Notes: generated from the sequence alone by a model not told the origin. 63,996 nucleotides of DNA, filler included, from Pelomyxa schiedti (GCA_020536535.1; 10 parts of 10 records of this genome joined end to end with filler, not necessarily neighbours in it), one strand, 5' to 3'. Shown: positions 52,305-63,558, counted from the first letter of the whole stretch. Made by a program: numbers and translations.

Positions 52305-53717
52305 TTATTCTCCATTGTGTGTTATTTGGTGTTGCCTTTGAGGCCTTTGTTGAAGTTGGGTTGGGTAAATGAGTGACAAGTCCACACTAGGGCAGCAGTG
52401 TACAACTTTCTCACAGGCTTGTGTGAACGTCATGTGTGTCGTATCCATCAAGTACGCAATGGCTATAGCAGCAGACCGGGACCGGCCGTGAAGAAGTACC
52501 AGAACTCTCTCACCTCGGCGTGCTGCCTCAGAGATAAAGGGGATGGCTGAATCCCAAAGAGGGGCCATATTCTGGGCATCGGAGTCCATGACCTGGCACC
52601 TGAGGAAGTTGATGCCAACTTCAATTTCGGCAGCCGGGAAGTCATCAGCACACACTACATTCTTTATGTGTAATCCAGAAAGGAGCTTTGCATCAACCTA
52701 AGAAGGATTAGCACTAACTTGTTGATGCTTTGGCTTTGCAAACATTCATGGCGCGGGACCCAATGAATAGTTCCGGGCAAATGTGGTGTGGTGTTGGTAC
52801 TTGTTCAGCTTCTTCTGTACCACTTTCAGCCAGTAAAGGATACTGTTCAAGGAATGTCTCGACTCCTCCTTTTAGAATCCACACCTCCTTAGTAAGAGCG
52901 CAGAACCGACCACAAGTTTCTTGCAGGAGTTCCCTGATTTGCTATTGTTTAGTTTGCTCCCATTGGTAAATGAGTAAATAAAAACAAACACTGCATACTG
53001 CAGGTTATTCTCTGGTCCAGAGTAATGTACCGGCAGTGTCTCAAACAAATTTCTCTCTAGAGAGTAATCAGAACACACAGAAAACCCAAAAAGAAGCCCA
53101 GATAACAAACTGTCAGACTGCAAAGCCACTTGGTGCAAAGTGTTGGCCAGCCAACTGCTAAATGCGGCAACTGTGTCATACCCGCACGACCCCACTCTTC
53201 CCGGAACGTTTCCGCAGCACTCCCCGCACGTGCACCGCGACGGCCCGCACACCACGACCGGCGAGTAGCGCTCCGGCGCCCCATAATCCACAACCGAGCA
53301 CATGATCCTGGCCAGCACATTCCACATCACGCGGTCGTCATTTCTCCGCTCAGCACCCTGTGTTGGTGATGGAACGGCGGCGCTGGGTGTTGATGTTGAT
53401 GACGATGACGACGGCGTCGATGGGGCTGGTGATGGTGACGAGAAGACTGATGAGACTGACCTGAGGGAGCGCATTTCCTCAGGGGACAGAGAAAAGGCCC
53501 TCGAGGAGGCTATTCGTCGCGAAGCATGTGCTTCGTGTCCTTTGAAAAAGTCATTTTTCGCCACACTACATTGTGGGGTGCGAGCTGCCGATTGGGGGGT
53601 TTATTGTGGGATACCTCGAGTGTCGAGGACCAAATAGCCTTCAAATAGGGGCAAATTGAAGACATCTTGTGATTCGGCACTTCTCACAACGCAACAGTGC
53701 GTTTCAATACCCTGCAT
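52305..53717 (-). CDS. Rhodanese-like plus catalytically dead dual-specificity phosphatase (MK-STYX/STYXL1-like architecture)
   Basis: N-terminal VFNL..YLVLDTR / DFFKGH; DSP PHHICPELFIGS, FISEAARRGERVLV-LLHGRSRSAAIAIAYLM lacking the HC of HCxxGxxR. Confidence 0.75.
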
Positions 53718-54206
53718 TCAACCAACTTGGAAACGCTTTTCGCGTTGTTGAAGATTCCATTAACGGTGCAGAATCTCCTCCCGTTCGGCAACAGGCACCA
53801 GTGGTCACTCGGTGAAAGTGTATTTAGGACCCGGGCTGCTTTTCTAAAACCTGCTATTCAGCTTGTGATTATTGCAGTCCTGAAAGTAAATTATGTGTCT
53901 ACAACAACAGACTCGTAAGAACAACTAAGGAGGGCAGGAGCCGGAGAAGAGGCCGGAGCTGGGGGCTAATTTGGGAACAAATAATAGATCTTTGGGGTTG
54001 CCGAACTGTGTCATTTCATCAAACAATCGTTTCTCATCAGTTTCATTTGTTGTTTGTTGTGTAGTGCGGGCGTAGAAGCTGGGCCGGGACTTCCGCGTCT
54101 GAGATACTGCGTGAGATCTTGTTGTACAACACACGAAGGAAGGCTGGATCTGGGAGGGGAGTGAAGTGTGCAGTGTTTCCGCCGCAAACGTTTGTACTAC
54201 ACCGAC

Positions 54207-54556
54207 ATGTCGGGGGATGATTACGAAAAACCCAGCGGGGAGAACACTCCCTTGCTTTCCGATGAATACGCGGCACCTGTTACAATGTGCCCCGCCGACT
54301 CCAATGCTCCTCGCGTAATGGAACTTCAAAATTCGAGGAATGGAGAGCAGTCGAGTGCTGAGAAGACTCGTTCGTATTTCTTCTTCGTTTCTTTTTCGTA
54401 TTCCCCTGTGTGAAGTAGAAAATACTGATTGGAACACCTACCACAAAAACGCCAGATTCGGTGGAAACATCGTGGATGCATCTGCCTAGTGGAGAAATGG
54501 AGGATTTTACCACTCTGGAACCTGTCTATGAAAGAAAGTTTTCTTCTGTTAGGCTT
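54207..54556 (+). CDS. 5' fragment of a probable endolysosomal membrane protein
   Basis: MSGDDYEKPSGENTPLLS carries an acidic dileucine ExxPLL motif; truncated by the linker. Confidence 0.45.
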
Positions 54557-54656
54557 NNNNNNNNNNNNNNNNNNNNNNNNNNNNNNNNNNNNNNNNNNNN
54601 TTAATTAATTAANNNNNNNNNNNNNNNNNNNNNNNNNNNNNNNNNNNNNNNNNNNN

Positions 54657-55296
54657 GCCGGTATCCGTGTTTGTGGCAGTGTCATATTAAAAAAAAAGTC
54701 TGCCGATGCTTCAGTTAATACTGGGATGCCCTGCTTTTTGCAGCTGGTCACAAAGTCGCAGATTGGTGCCGCAAACCACCGGTGATTTCCGTCAAAACAG
54801 AGGTAAGTCCTGGTAGCATTGTCCACTGTCAGTGTACTACACAGATCAGAAGTAACGACTGGTCAACTCCAGTTTTCAACATCGTTTCGACGGATCTGAA
54901 ACACATGTGTGATCTAAGTAGTTTTAGAGATTTTTACTGTAACCTTCGCTCAACCTGTGGAAACTGGAGATACTCCACCTCCTCTGTCCAAGTGACATGC
55001 ATACTGCAGGGAGACTTTGTATATAGTTGCTTTGTGGAACTAGCTTCACTGCAAAAACAGAAAGGAAATAATCCATTTCGAATTAGTGTTGTTGTAGATA
55101 AGGCAATAAACAAGAACCAATAATTATAAAAAGTACAGGAGCTTACCCACGACACATACAGCCTCATAAAAGTGTCCCATTCTGGTACACTAAAATATGG
55201 ATTAACCTGCTTCGTGTTGGTCATTGGTATAAAGGTCTTTCGGAGGACTCTGTGTACTGGGACTTCTGGCCCAGTGAGTCGTTTCTCTCTGTCCAT
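54657..55296 (-). pseudogene. ParB/sulfiredoxin-like N-terminal domain gene, disrupted and truncated by contig end
   Basis: Spliced MDREKR...EYLQFPQ|IRRND..., an in-frame TGA or frameshift, then TYLCFDGNHRWFAA (DGNHR at 54779-54793). Confidence 0.55.
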
Positions 55297-55374
55297 TGGT
55301 TTTTGTTGTTTGTTTTCAAAAAAAACTTGTGTGCAGTGAATACAAAGGCTGTTCCTCAGTGTTTCGCAGTTTGA

Positions 55375-55752
55375 GGGATACGTATCCGAAACTGACTTTC
55401 GGAGATGTGTCCTGAACATTTCCTGTGGGACACATCTCCGAAAGTCAGTTTCGGAGATGTGTCCTGAACATTTCCGGGGGACACATCTCAGAAACTGACT
55501 TTCGGAGATGTGTCCTGCACATTTCTTGTGGGATACATCTCCGAAACTGACTTTCAGAGATGTGTCCTGAACATTTCCGGGGGACACATGTCTGGAACCC
55601 AAATCGGATTTGTGTCCTGCACATTTCCTGTGGGACATGTATCCGAAACTGACTTTCGGCTATGTGTCCTGCACATTTCCTGTGGGACACATATCCAGAA
55701 CAAAAAAAGGGAGTTGTGTCCGGTGCCTTCCCTGTGGGACACGTATCCGGAA
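55375..55752. repeat. Tandem array of ~7.5 x 51-52 bp palindromic units
   Basis: Units start at 55375, 55427, 55478, 55530, 55581, 55632, 55684, 55736. Consensus gGGACACATCTCCGAAA-ctgac-TTTCGGAGATGTGTCC-tgmacatttcctgt. Confidence 0.95.
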
Positions 55753-55792
55753 CCCAAAAAAAAAAAAAACAAAAAACTTTGCTTCCTCCCCT

Positions 55793-57654
55793 ATGAGTAC
55801 CACTCTTCCTGCGGACTGGTGCACCAACATTGATCTATGGAGTGACAGTGCCTATGAGTTGCCACAAAGGAATTTTGGTGGCTTGGTTGGTCCTGTGAAA
55901 CTCTATTCTGGTTAGCAGCACGTCTAACACAGTGTTTTTGCTAAATGTTCTCAGAGCAACTTTTATGCTACGATTTCTGGCGGGAAATATTTGATGAGAC
56001 TTTTTTGCCCATGTAGCAGAGGAGACAAACCGGTGTGGCTAAACGTTTGTTCTTTCATTTGTGCTCTATAAGGTACACACACGAAAATGTTGATGGGTGC
56101 GAGGGATTCACTACTTCTCCAGCTGAAATCGAACGTCTGTGTGGGTTTTTTCTTGCAGGTACCTTTGGCAGTTCGTTGTGTTGTTTTTTTTTTTTTTGAC
56201 GATTGTTACAGCTGGTGTTGTTTTTTCTTTTTTTGACGATTGTTACAGCTGGTGTTTATAATCAAAAAGGATCATGGGGTGAGAACTGGAGTAGCAGTGG
56301 GTCTCCTTGGCCTCGCAGTCTAATTTCCACTCACTCCTTTTTAGGGAGAAATGTTACAATTGATGAAGGAATTATCCCTTTCAAAGGCTTGGTTGGTTTT
56401 TGAGTTTGTATGAGGGACAAACCTCAGGGAACTGGGATTAAAGTATATTTACTTGTGGATGAGTACTCTGCCATAGTTAAGTTCGTAATGTATGACGGTG
56501 ATAACCCCTATGGTACTTTCAATTGTTTCCTTAATTCTTATTTATTTTCACATGGGAAAAAAGGCAACTTAGATTGGAATAAAACTCTGAGGTCTCCTTT
56601 TTTTCAGCATTTGAATTTGACTCATGTACATTTTTTTCTACAGCCCACTTCTTGTCTCACTTTCTGATTTTAGGAATCCCTGCATCCAACAGAAGCAACT
56701 GTGTACTCGCTGTTGAGTGCTGTCCATTGGTGCCAAGCAACTAGACTTTGTATGGACCGGTATTTCCCGATGGCAAACCTGATGAGGAATCTGCATAACT
56801 CTGGTTTCGAGTTTGTAGTTATCATCCAAAGCAGCAGGGCTGGCAAGGTTTGTGTTCTTAATGCATTCACTGTATTCACAAGTCCCACAGATTTTTTCAC
56901 ACATTGTTGTTCAGCCCGATCCAGAAGTGGAATGGGATAAGTGTGAATTTCATTTTTCTATGATGAAACAGCATCCAGTTGGACTTGAATATAGACCTAG
57001 TGTGGTATACAACTACCACTTCAACTATCACAATGTTGACTGGGTCAACCAGTTGCGTAGGTACTACAGCTTTGTCATACTAACATTCTTCCAAAAAAAC
57101 CAAAAACACAAGATGTGTGGCCCGTTATTCCGTTGACCAGCAGCAACACAAGTGGACAACAAAGTGTTCCTGGTTGTTTTTGTTGTGGGGAACGCACCAA
57201 GCCCGACTGTTGTATTGTGCAGTCAATCACTGTCGAATTAGTATGAGGGAGTTTGTGAAGGCAGTATGTTATTGCTTGTGTTTGTAATTTCTTTCTTACA
57301 TCTTGACCACAGGTTGTCACAGTTATTGCTTCCAAGTTTATTTGTCCAATGATTCTTTTACTGGACCCTTTCTCTCTATTCAATGACCGGGCTCCGTTAT
57401 TGAAGCCAGTGCAGATTACACCGGATAATTGCTATCACAGGTTTAAGGTGTCCATTTCTTTCCATGCCCATTGCAAAAACAGAGGGAAAGTACAGCATTG
57501 TATGCTTTGCTGGTTGAATGCCCACCGGTCTAATACTTATTATTACTCGTGGCAACACTCCTCTGCTAAGCTGTGTTGCTGGGAAAGTGGCACGACAGAA
57601 CACACCTGTCTTCTACACAAACTGAAAGTTGGTGGCAGGCTCCCACAAGTATAA
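55793..57654 (+). mobile_element. piggyBac-like (DDE_Tnp_1_7) transposase gene, intron-containing and internally deleted
   Basis: HVAEETNR/Y, EIERLCGFFL, NVTIDEGIIPFKG, MRDKPQGTGIKVYLLVD, CMDRYF, RPSVVYNY..YHNVDWVNQLRRYY, Cys/His-rich C-terminus (HCMLC..LCC..TCLLH). Confidence 0.85.
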
Positions 57655-58079
57655 ATCCCACAAAACAAACGAGTTAAAAAAGAAACGAGCCGGAGTTCAT
57701 TGGTGGCTTGAGTAACTTGGGGTGCACCGATAGGGGGCATCAGTGTGAAAAACATGAAAAAACATCCAAATTTCATCCCCGTTAGGAGCCCCGGCAACGA
57801 GCGGAGTGTGCCGTACAACGCAAAGAGATATGCAACGAGTGAAAATAACACCGTTCTGGTCCAGTGATTATTTTATGCAGGCATTTAAGTTCCTGTTAAT
57901 AACTAACTCTCAGCAGTCAGTGTTTGTCCCTGAGGCTCTCTTTCACACAACTCACCAACTTTGAGTCTCAGTCACTCTCNNNNNNNNNNNNNNNNNNNNN
58001 NNNNNNNNNNNNNNNNNNNNNNNTTAATTAATTAANNNNNNNNNNNNNNNNNNNNNNNNNNNNNNNNNNNNNNNNNNNN

Positions 58080-58467
58080 AGTGTGTGTTCGAGCCCTGCT
58101 GGCAAACGGCCTGTGTTGGGGTGCATGAAGCCGTTGCATTACCGCAAATGTTGGCCCAGTATGTGCTCCCCTTGGAATCGTCGATAACGTAGCTGTTTCT
58201 GTGTATTACGGTTTGTTACTATCTAGTAAAAAAAAACGAGATAAAGGAGAATACCCATTGGTCAATGTCAATGGTGACAGATCATATTTTAGAGTTTGTC
58301 CATTAGTTCCAGTGGTGGTATATGTGCACGACTAATTATTTTTTGGAGTACAAGAAGGAAGGCATTAGTATTATGAACCAGAGCATCGCGAAAGGATGAA
58401 GAAAACAAACCTGTTGGGCAACAACCAGTGTCAATCCCACCAATAACAACCCAATAATTGCCTTCAT
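58080..58467 (-). CDS. Secreted/type-I protein with mannose-6-phosphate-receptor homology (MRH/ATG27-like) domain, 5' part
   Basis: MKAIIGLLLVGLTLVVAQQ / SCTYT..G..LKYDLSPL / SYVIDD..TYWANICG..C....AVCQ. Confidence 0.8.
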
Positions 58468-58471
58468 GTTT

Positions 58472-59144
58472 TTATAATGGAAAGTTGGTTTCTTTTTGGT
58501 TTTTGGTTTTTGGTTTTTTTGCAGGCCCTTTAAGCCCACCCAAAAAGAAAAAACCCCAACGACATGTCACGTTAACGCACCCCCGACTAACTTCACCCCA
58601 AAACTGTTTTTGGGGCAGCTGATGGCTTCCGTGAATGACACTCAGCTTGTTCTTTTCACGCTGCAGCAGGAACCCCGACCTGGCAACAACTTGGTTCACA
58701 CCCTTCCAGCCAAAGTTATCTCGCTCCTCCACGTCGCCAAGATCAGCGAACGTGATGATCCTGAGTGGCTTCGCGACGTTGTTGCAGTCCCAGATCTCAG
58801 CAAACTCCCCTGAGATGCAAAACAGAGACTCGCTCAGCTGTGACACGTCGCACAGTGTCTCGCTCTTCAGCTTGGTGTCGATGTGAATGGCGGAGGAACT
58901 CTCAGAAACCACACTGACGGATACATATGGAGAGGTTTTCACAACGAAGCAGTGCTCCCCGTTCTTCATCACAAGAGAAAGAACGGTACCCTTGTAGATT
59001 AAATCTTATGGTCGGGCAGTAAACCTTTGAGTGAAAACCGGGTTGAAGACACCACTGCCAAGCTGCCTGTGGAGCTTGATATCTCCAGGTTCACAGCAAC
59101 AAGTAAGTAGGTATGAAATATGTCTTTCTGGTGCAGAACCACCA
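58472..59144 (-). CDS. 3' fragment of a lineage-specific beta-rich protein, possibly a pseudogene
   Basis: Open frame VSQLSESLFCI..EIWDCNNVAKPLRII..VVARSGFLL..LSVI; upstream part is interrupted. Confidence 0.45.
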
Positions 59145-59244
59145 NNNNNNNNNNNNNNNNNNNNNNNNNNNNNNNNNNNNNNNNNNNNTTAATTAATTAA
59201 NNNNNNNNNNNNNNNNNNNNNNNNNNNNNNNNNNNNNNNNNNNN

Positions 59245-59814
59245 CTTTTCGGCGGGCTTCTTCTTTTCCCTGTCGCTGCCGCTCCCGTCGGTGTCCTCGC
59301 GGTACTCGCTCCCGCTGGATTCCTCTTCATACGGGGACTCTGAGTCGTCGTCGTCGTCGTCGTCGGACAGCAGTGTCCTGCCTCCCCTGCCCCTGCCCTT
59401 CCCCTTCCCCTTCCCCTTCCCTTTGCCCCGGCCCTTGCCTGGCTTCTCCCCCTTCTTCTTTTTCGTTGGTTGCACGGGGTCCCCGCCGCCGTCTCCAGGG
59501 TGCTCGGTTTGGTCGTCGAGTACCACTACCGCGGCCTCCTCCTCCTCCTCCTCCTGTTCCTCCTTGTGGTGGTGGTGGTGGCCTCCTTTGTTGCCTCGGT
59601 GTCTCCCCGCCGCATTGGCCTTGCTGCCCACCACCTCCTCCTCTTGCTCCTCCTTGCTCGCTCCTCCCTCTCCCTCTCCGTCTACTTCGACTTCGTCTTC
59701 GTCGGGGGCAACAAACGCCACTGGTCCCGACGATGATGAGTCTTGTTGTTGTTGTTGTGTCGTCGGGCGTCGTCGGTGCCTGACGTGCTGCGTTGCCGTC
59801 TCCTTGTTGCTCAT
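59245..59814 (-). CDS. 5' fragment of an acidic/Lys-Gly low-complexity protein, probably nuclear
   Basis: ATG 59814; E/D runs, (KG)n and KKKK; runs into the linker. Confidence 0.55.
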
Positions 59815-60234
59815 CTTTGTGTTAGGTGAAATCTGCCCGTTGGCAGGCCTTGGTTTTTTTCATTTGCGAGGCAGTGGCAGCAAAGAATGTCTGGTAACGC
59901 GTCAGTTTCTGGGCACTGAAGGGTACTCAGGGGCACGGCGCCACATTCTTTCTTCGCGGAATTTCGGCCCTAATCACCCCGATTGTGGGGGTGGAACTAG
60001 TTGTGGGGTCACATTCAGCTGAATTAGGACACCGGGACTGCCGGGCAGAAGCCAGATAATCCCCAAGCATTAGATTCCCCAAATGTTGCCTGTTCTCCAG
60101 AAGTTCTGGGCTTGCCCCAAAAAATGAGATTTGTTCATGTTTTGGCCATTTAAAGACTGAATTTCTTTTCCATTTTCCCAAACGAATAGAAAAACAACAA
60201 AGAAACAAATAAACAACAAAGAAACAAGCAAGAC

Positions 60235-60650
60235 ATGAAAGCAGTTTTTGTTCTCGTTCTGTTGGCAACAGTTGTTCTTGCCGACCAGCAATTTGATCGC
60301 TTCCTGTCAAAGTAACCCACACTTTCCTTCTTTTTTGCACCACTGTCATGGAAGAGTTAACAACAAAAAGGTATGGGAAGCACTACGAGGGTGCCGAGTA
60401 TATGCACAGGCTCAAGGTTTACAAGTCAAACATGCGCAAGGCTGCTCAGCTCAATCAGATCAACAACGTGCATGGTGAGACACAGTTCTCTGACATCACT
60501 GATGAGGAGTGAGTGTTTCCCCTTCCGCGTTATTAACTTCTCACCTTTCGGTTTAGGTTCAGGAGCCAATACTTGATGCCGGCGGCTGATCCAACATACT
60601 TTGCCAAGTCATGCCTCATCATGGCTGATTATCTTCCAACCCCCGCACAA
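60235..60650 (+). CDS. Papain-family (C1A) cysteine protease, signal peptide and I29 propeptide only
   Basis: MKAVFVLVLLATVVLA-DQQFDRF..YGKHY..EYMHRLKVYKSNMRKAAQLN (ERFNIN-like)..HGETQFSDITDEE/F. Confidence 0.85.
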
Positions 60651-60750
60651 NNNNNNNNNNNNNNNNNNNNNNNNNNNNNNNNNNNNNNNNNNNNTTAATT
60701 AATTAANNNNNNNNNNNNNNNNNNNNNNNNNNNNNNNNNNNNNNNNNNNN

Positions 60751-62889
60751 TTTCGGACCGTTAACGCTAATCGGACCTCTCGGAGCGGGAAAAAAAAGAT
60801 GTTTTCCACGAACTTGTGATCGGTTTCTCAGCATTGTGGGATCAAAAACTTGTGTGATTAGTGGCGGTGGTTGTTGTTTAGCCTCACGTTGACGTAGTCA
60901 CGTCGTTTTTGGCCTCATTATGTTCATACTGCACGAGACCGTTGAATGTATTGTTTGTTTTTTGGTTTTTTGTTTTTTTTCGGATTTTTTTTTTTTTGGG
61001 TGCCAATGTGGTCAATTTGCCTGTTGTTGTCATCTCTCAACAAATTACCATGGCCTTAAACGTTGTCGTGCGTTGAGACGGTGTTATGTTGGTGCCGCCA
61101 AGAGAGCCCTTTGATATGTGCAGTGCGCACAAGAAGGGGTAGCATGGAAAGCATATTGCGATTCTATGTGCGGTCTTGAGTTGTTGCAGCGACAGGCTGG
61201 GTTTAATCCATCAAATTCCCCGAAGGTTTTTCCCGATCTATCTAACCAGTGACCAGATACAAGTGAAAATAGATAGACGGTTTTTTCCCACCTTCAGGGC
61301 TGTTGATGTCCGTTCGCGAAAATCCAAAAACCAAAGTCGCGAAAACAATGACACCGCGATTCCCGATGACGGTGGTGCACACCGGGGGACACTCAGGTAC
61401 GAATGTGTTTGGGAGTGTCCTCCCTTGGTGTTGGCACCCGTTGTTGTTGTGCTGCACCACAAAACAACAAAAACGAAAAAAAAAACACAACACACACAAC
61501 GGTCCACAAAAAACGACCAACACGCGTCATCACCACCATGACTACAACTGACACGCACCACAAACACATAAAAATAGCTTGGTCGACACCCCAAGGTCAT
61601 TACCGACTCAGGGATGACAACAGGGCTGGGAACACCGACACAACACCACTCAACAACACCCAGGCAACACAGTGGCGCCACACAAATCAAAAACTGTTGT
61701 GTGTCCCGACACCATCCCCCTCGGAATCTTTCCCTTCGGACACGGCTAGCGTGCTTTGTCCCTCGGAAATCGTTTGAAACAGCGTGTCCGACAGGACTGC
61801 CGTGTCAGATGTGGGTAGAAAGTCCGACACGTACGCTCGGAAAAGACATCAGCCGTGTCCGATTCTGGAACGGCTTCCGAGAAAGTACGTTTGCCGCGGT
61901 ACCGATCGGGAATTCCGAAACTGCAGATCGGGGGATTTCCGTGTCGTGGAACCATCAAAGTGACATCAAATCTTTGGGTTTGGTTTTTGCGTGGTGTTGC
62001 TCTCCGATGCGGTGCATCGTCATCATGCACCCCAAAAAAATGCTTGGTTGTTGTTTTGAATCGTTTTTCTTTCGTTTTTGTGGGTGTTGGTCCACTCGAC
62101 AACCAATGTGTCATTTTCCCCCAAAAAATTCTACGTCTCCTTGGACTTGGGTATTTTTTTGTTGTACTTTGCGTGTAGACGGGAAATGGCCTCGTTTCAA
62201 CCACGAGGCACCCTTTTTTTCTTGGGAGGTCATTCGTTTTTTTTTTCACCCGCAACACACCACCGACAAGCAACCAACGTTGTAGAACGTCGTTGTGGTG
62301 TTCTCTCGCGAATTTGATGCGTGCCGATCGCGCAGGGCCTCAATGACCATTGAAACACACTTTGCGGTTTTTTCCGATCGATCTACAATCTAAACCACTA
62401 GTTAGGTAAAAAGAGGAAAATCAGGTGTGATACGCCCGAAATTGGGCCTGATAAGGCGCAACCGAACCAGTGGTTGGTTAAGCCCTGGCGGGATCGTTTT
62501 TTTTTTTTTTTTGGAATGGCTCAGTTGTTGTCCAGCGTGTGCCCCGCGAGTCCAACAACACAACACCGCTGGCATAAAGTGGTTTTGTTGACCACACAGC
62601 CCACAGCGACAGCAAAGACATGTGGGTTTGCTTTGCTCAAAAACCCGATAAATATTTATCAACATAAACAGCGACACCTTACGCACAAAGAAGAGACCAA
62701 AAACAACAAGAACAGGCCAGGGCTACGATGTTTTGTTCCCGCCGTTGCGTGTCGCAACAAAAAAAAGTACCACCGCCACTAATCACACAAGTTTTTGATC
62801 CCACAATGCTGAGAAACCGATCACAAGTTCGTGGAAAACATCTTTTTTTTCCCGCTCCGAGAGGTCCGATTAGCGTTAACGGTCCGAAA
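60751..62889. mobile_element. Non-autonomous DNA-transposon-like element with long terminal inverted repeats
   Basis: 60751-60871 is the exact reverse complement of 62769-62889 (121 bp); no intact internal ORF. Confidence 0.75.
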
Positions 62890-63131
62890 NNNNNNNNNNN
62901 NNNNNNNNNNNNNNNNNNNNNNNNNNNNNNNNNTTAATTAATTAANNNNNNNNNNNNNNNNNNNNNNNNNNNNNNNNNNNNNNNNNNNNTAGAAACGGCC
63001 AATTCTTGTTTTGTCCACATTACATTTTGGGCCAACAGTTCACCCCCGGCCAACTTGTCCTTGTGTCTCTAGAGTCAACGATGTTGTGCGTCCTTTTGGT
63101 GCTAAGGTGACTCTTGCGTGCCACTCATAAA

Positions 63132-63341
63132 TCACCTAGCGTTTTTTCTTTGGATCAGCAGACGGTCCGGAAACTGCCAGGTACACCCAAACAAGCTGGG
63201 ACGGAGAATTGTCGTTGAGGAAAAAAACTTTTGAAGGCAGCGACTAGGAATACACACAAAAGCGAGAACGTGGAGGGAAACCAGCACCGCGATTATGTAA
63301 AAAACGGTGGTCCTCGCTGTCGATACTTCCTCTCCCTGCAT
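63132..63341 (-). CDS. Small (~48 aa) single-pass membrane protein
   Basis: Removing one GT-AG intron gives MQGEEVSTARTTVFYIIAVLVSLHVLAF|LVWVYLAVSGPSADPKKNAR*. Confidence 0.5.
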   Translation of the reverse strand: MQGEEVSTARTTVFYIIAVLVSLHVLAFVCIPSRCLQKFFSSTTILRPSLFGCTWQFPDRLLIQRKNAR

Positions 63342-63558
63342 CCCGTAATTCTATTTTGCTGCTACATTGTTAAAAAAGCAAAACAAAGCGACTCTTTTCT
63401 TCTCCATGTCTACCTTATTTGTGTGTATTGGAGTGCAGCGACGCCTCGCTGATCAAATGATTCACAAAGGGAAAAAAAAACAAGATTGATGACAAGGAGT
63501 AGCGAAAAAAAAGAAGGATCTGCTGAACAAAAAACAAAAAAAAAACAAGGGCGAGGTG

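Noticed and set aside
55375-55752. CRISPR array
   Set aside because: The inter-palindrome segments are near-identical 14-15 nt linkers, not unique spacers; no cas genes; eukaryotic context.
54934-55833. ORFs with repeated 'CVPQEMFRTHLR' or 'SHRKCAGHISES' peptides
   Set aside because: Translations of the palindromic DNA array; the 52-bp period is not a multiple of 3.
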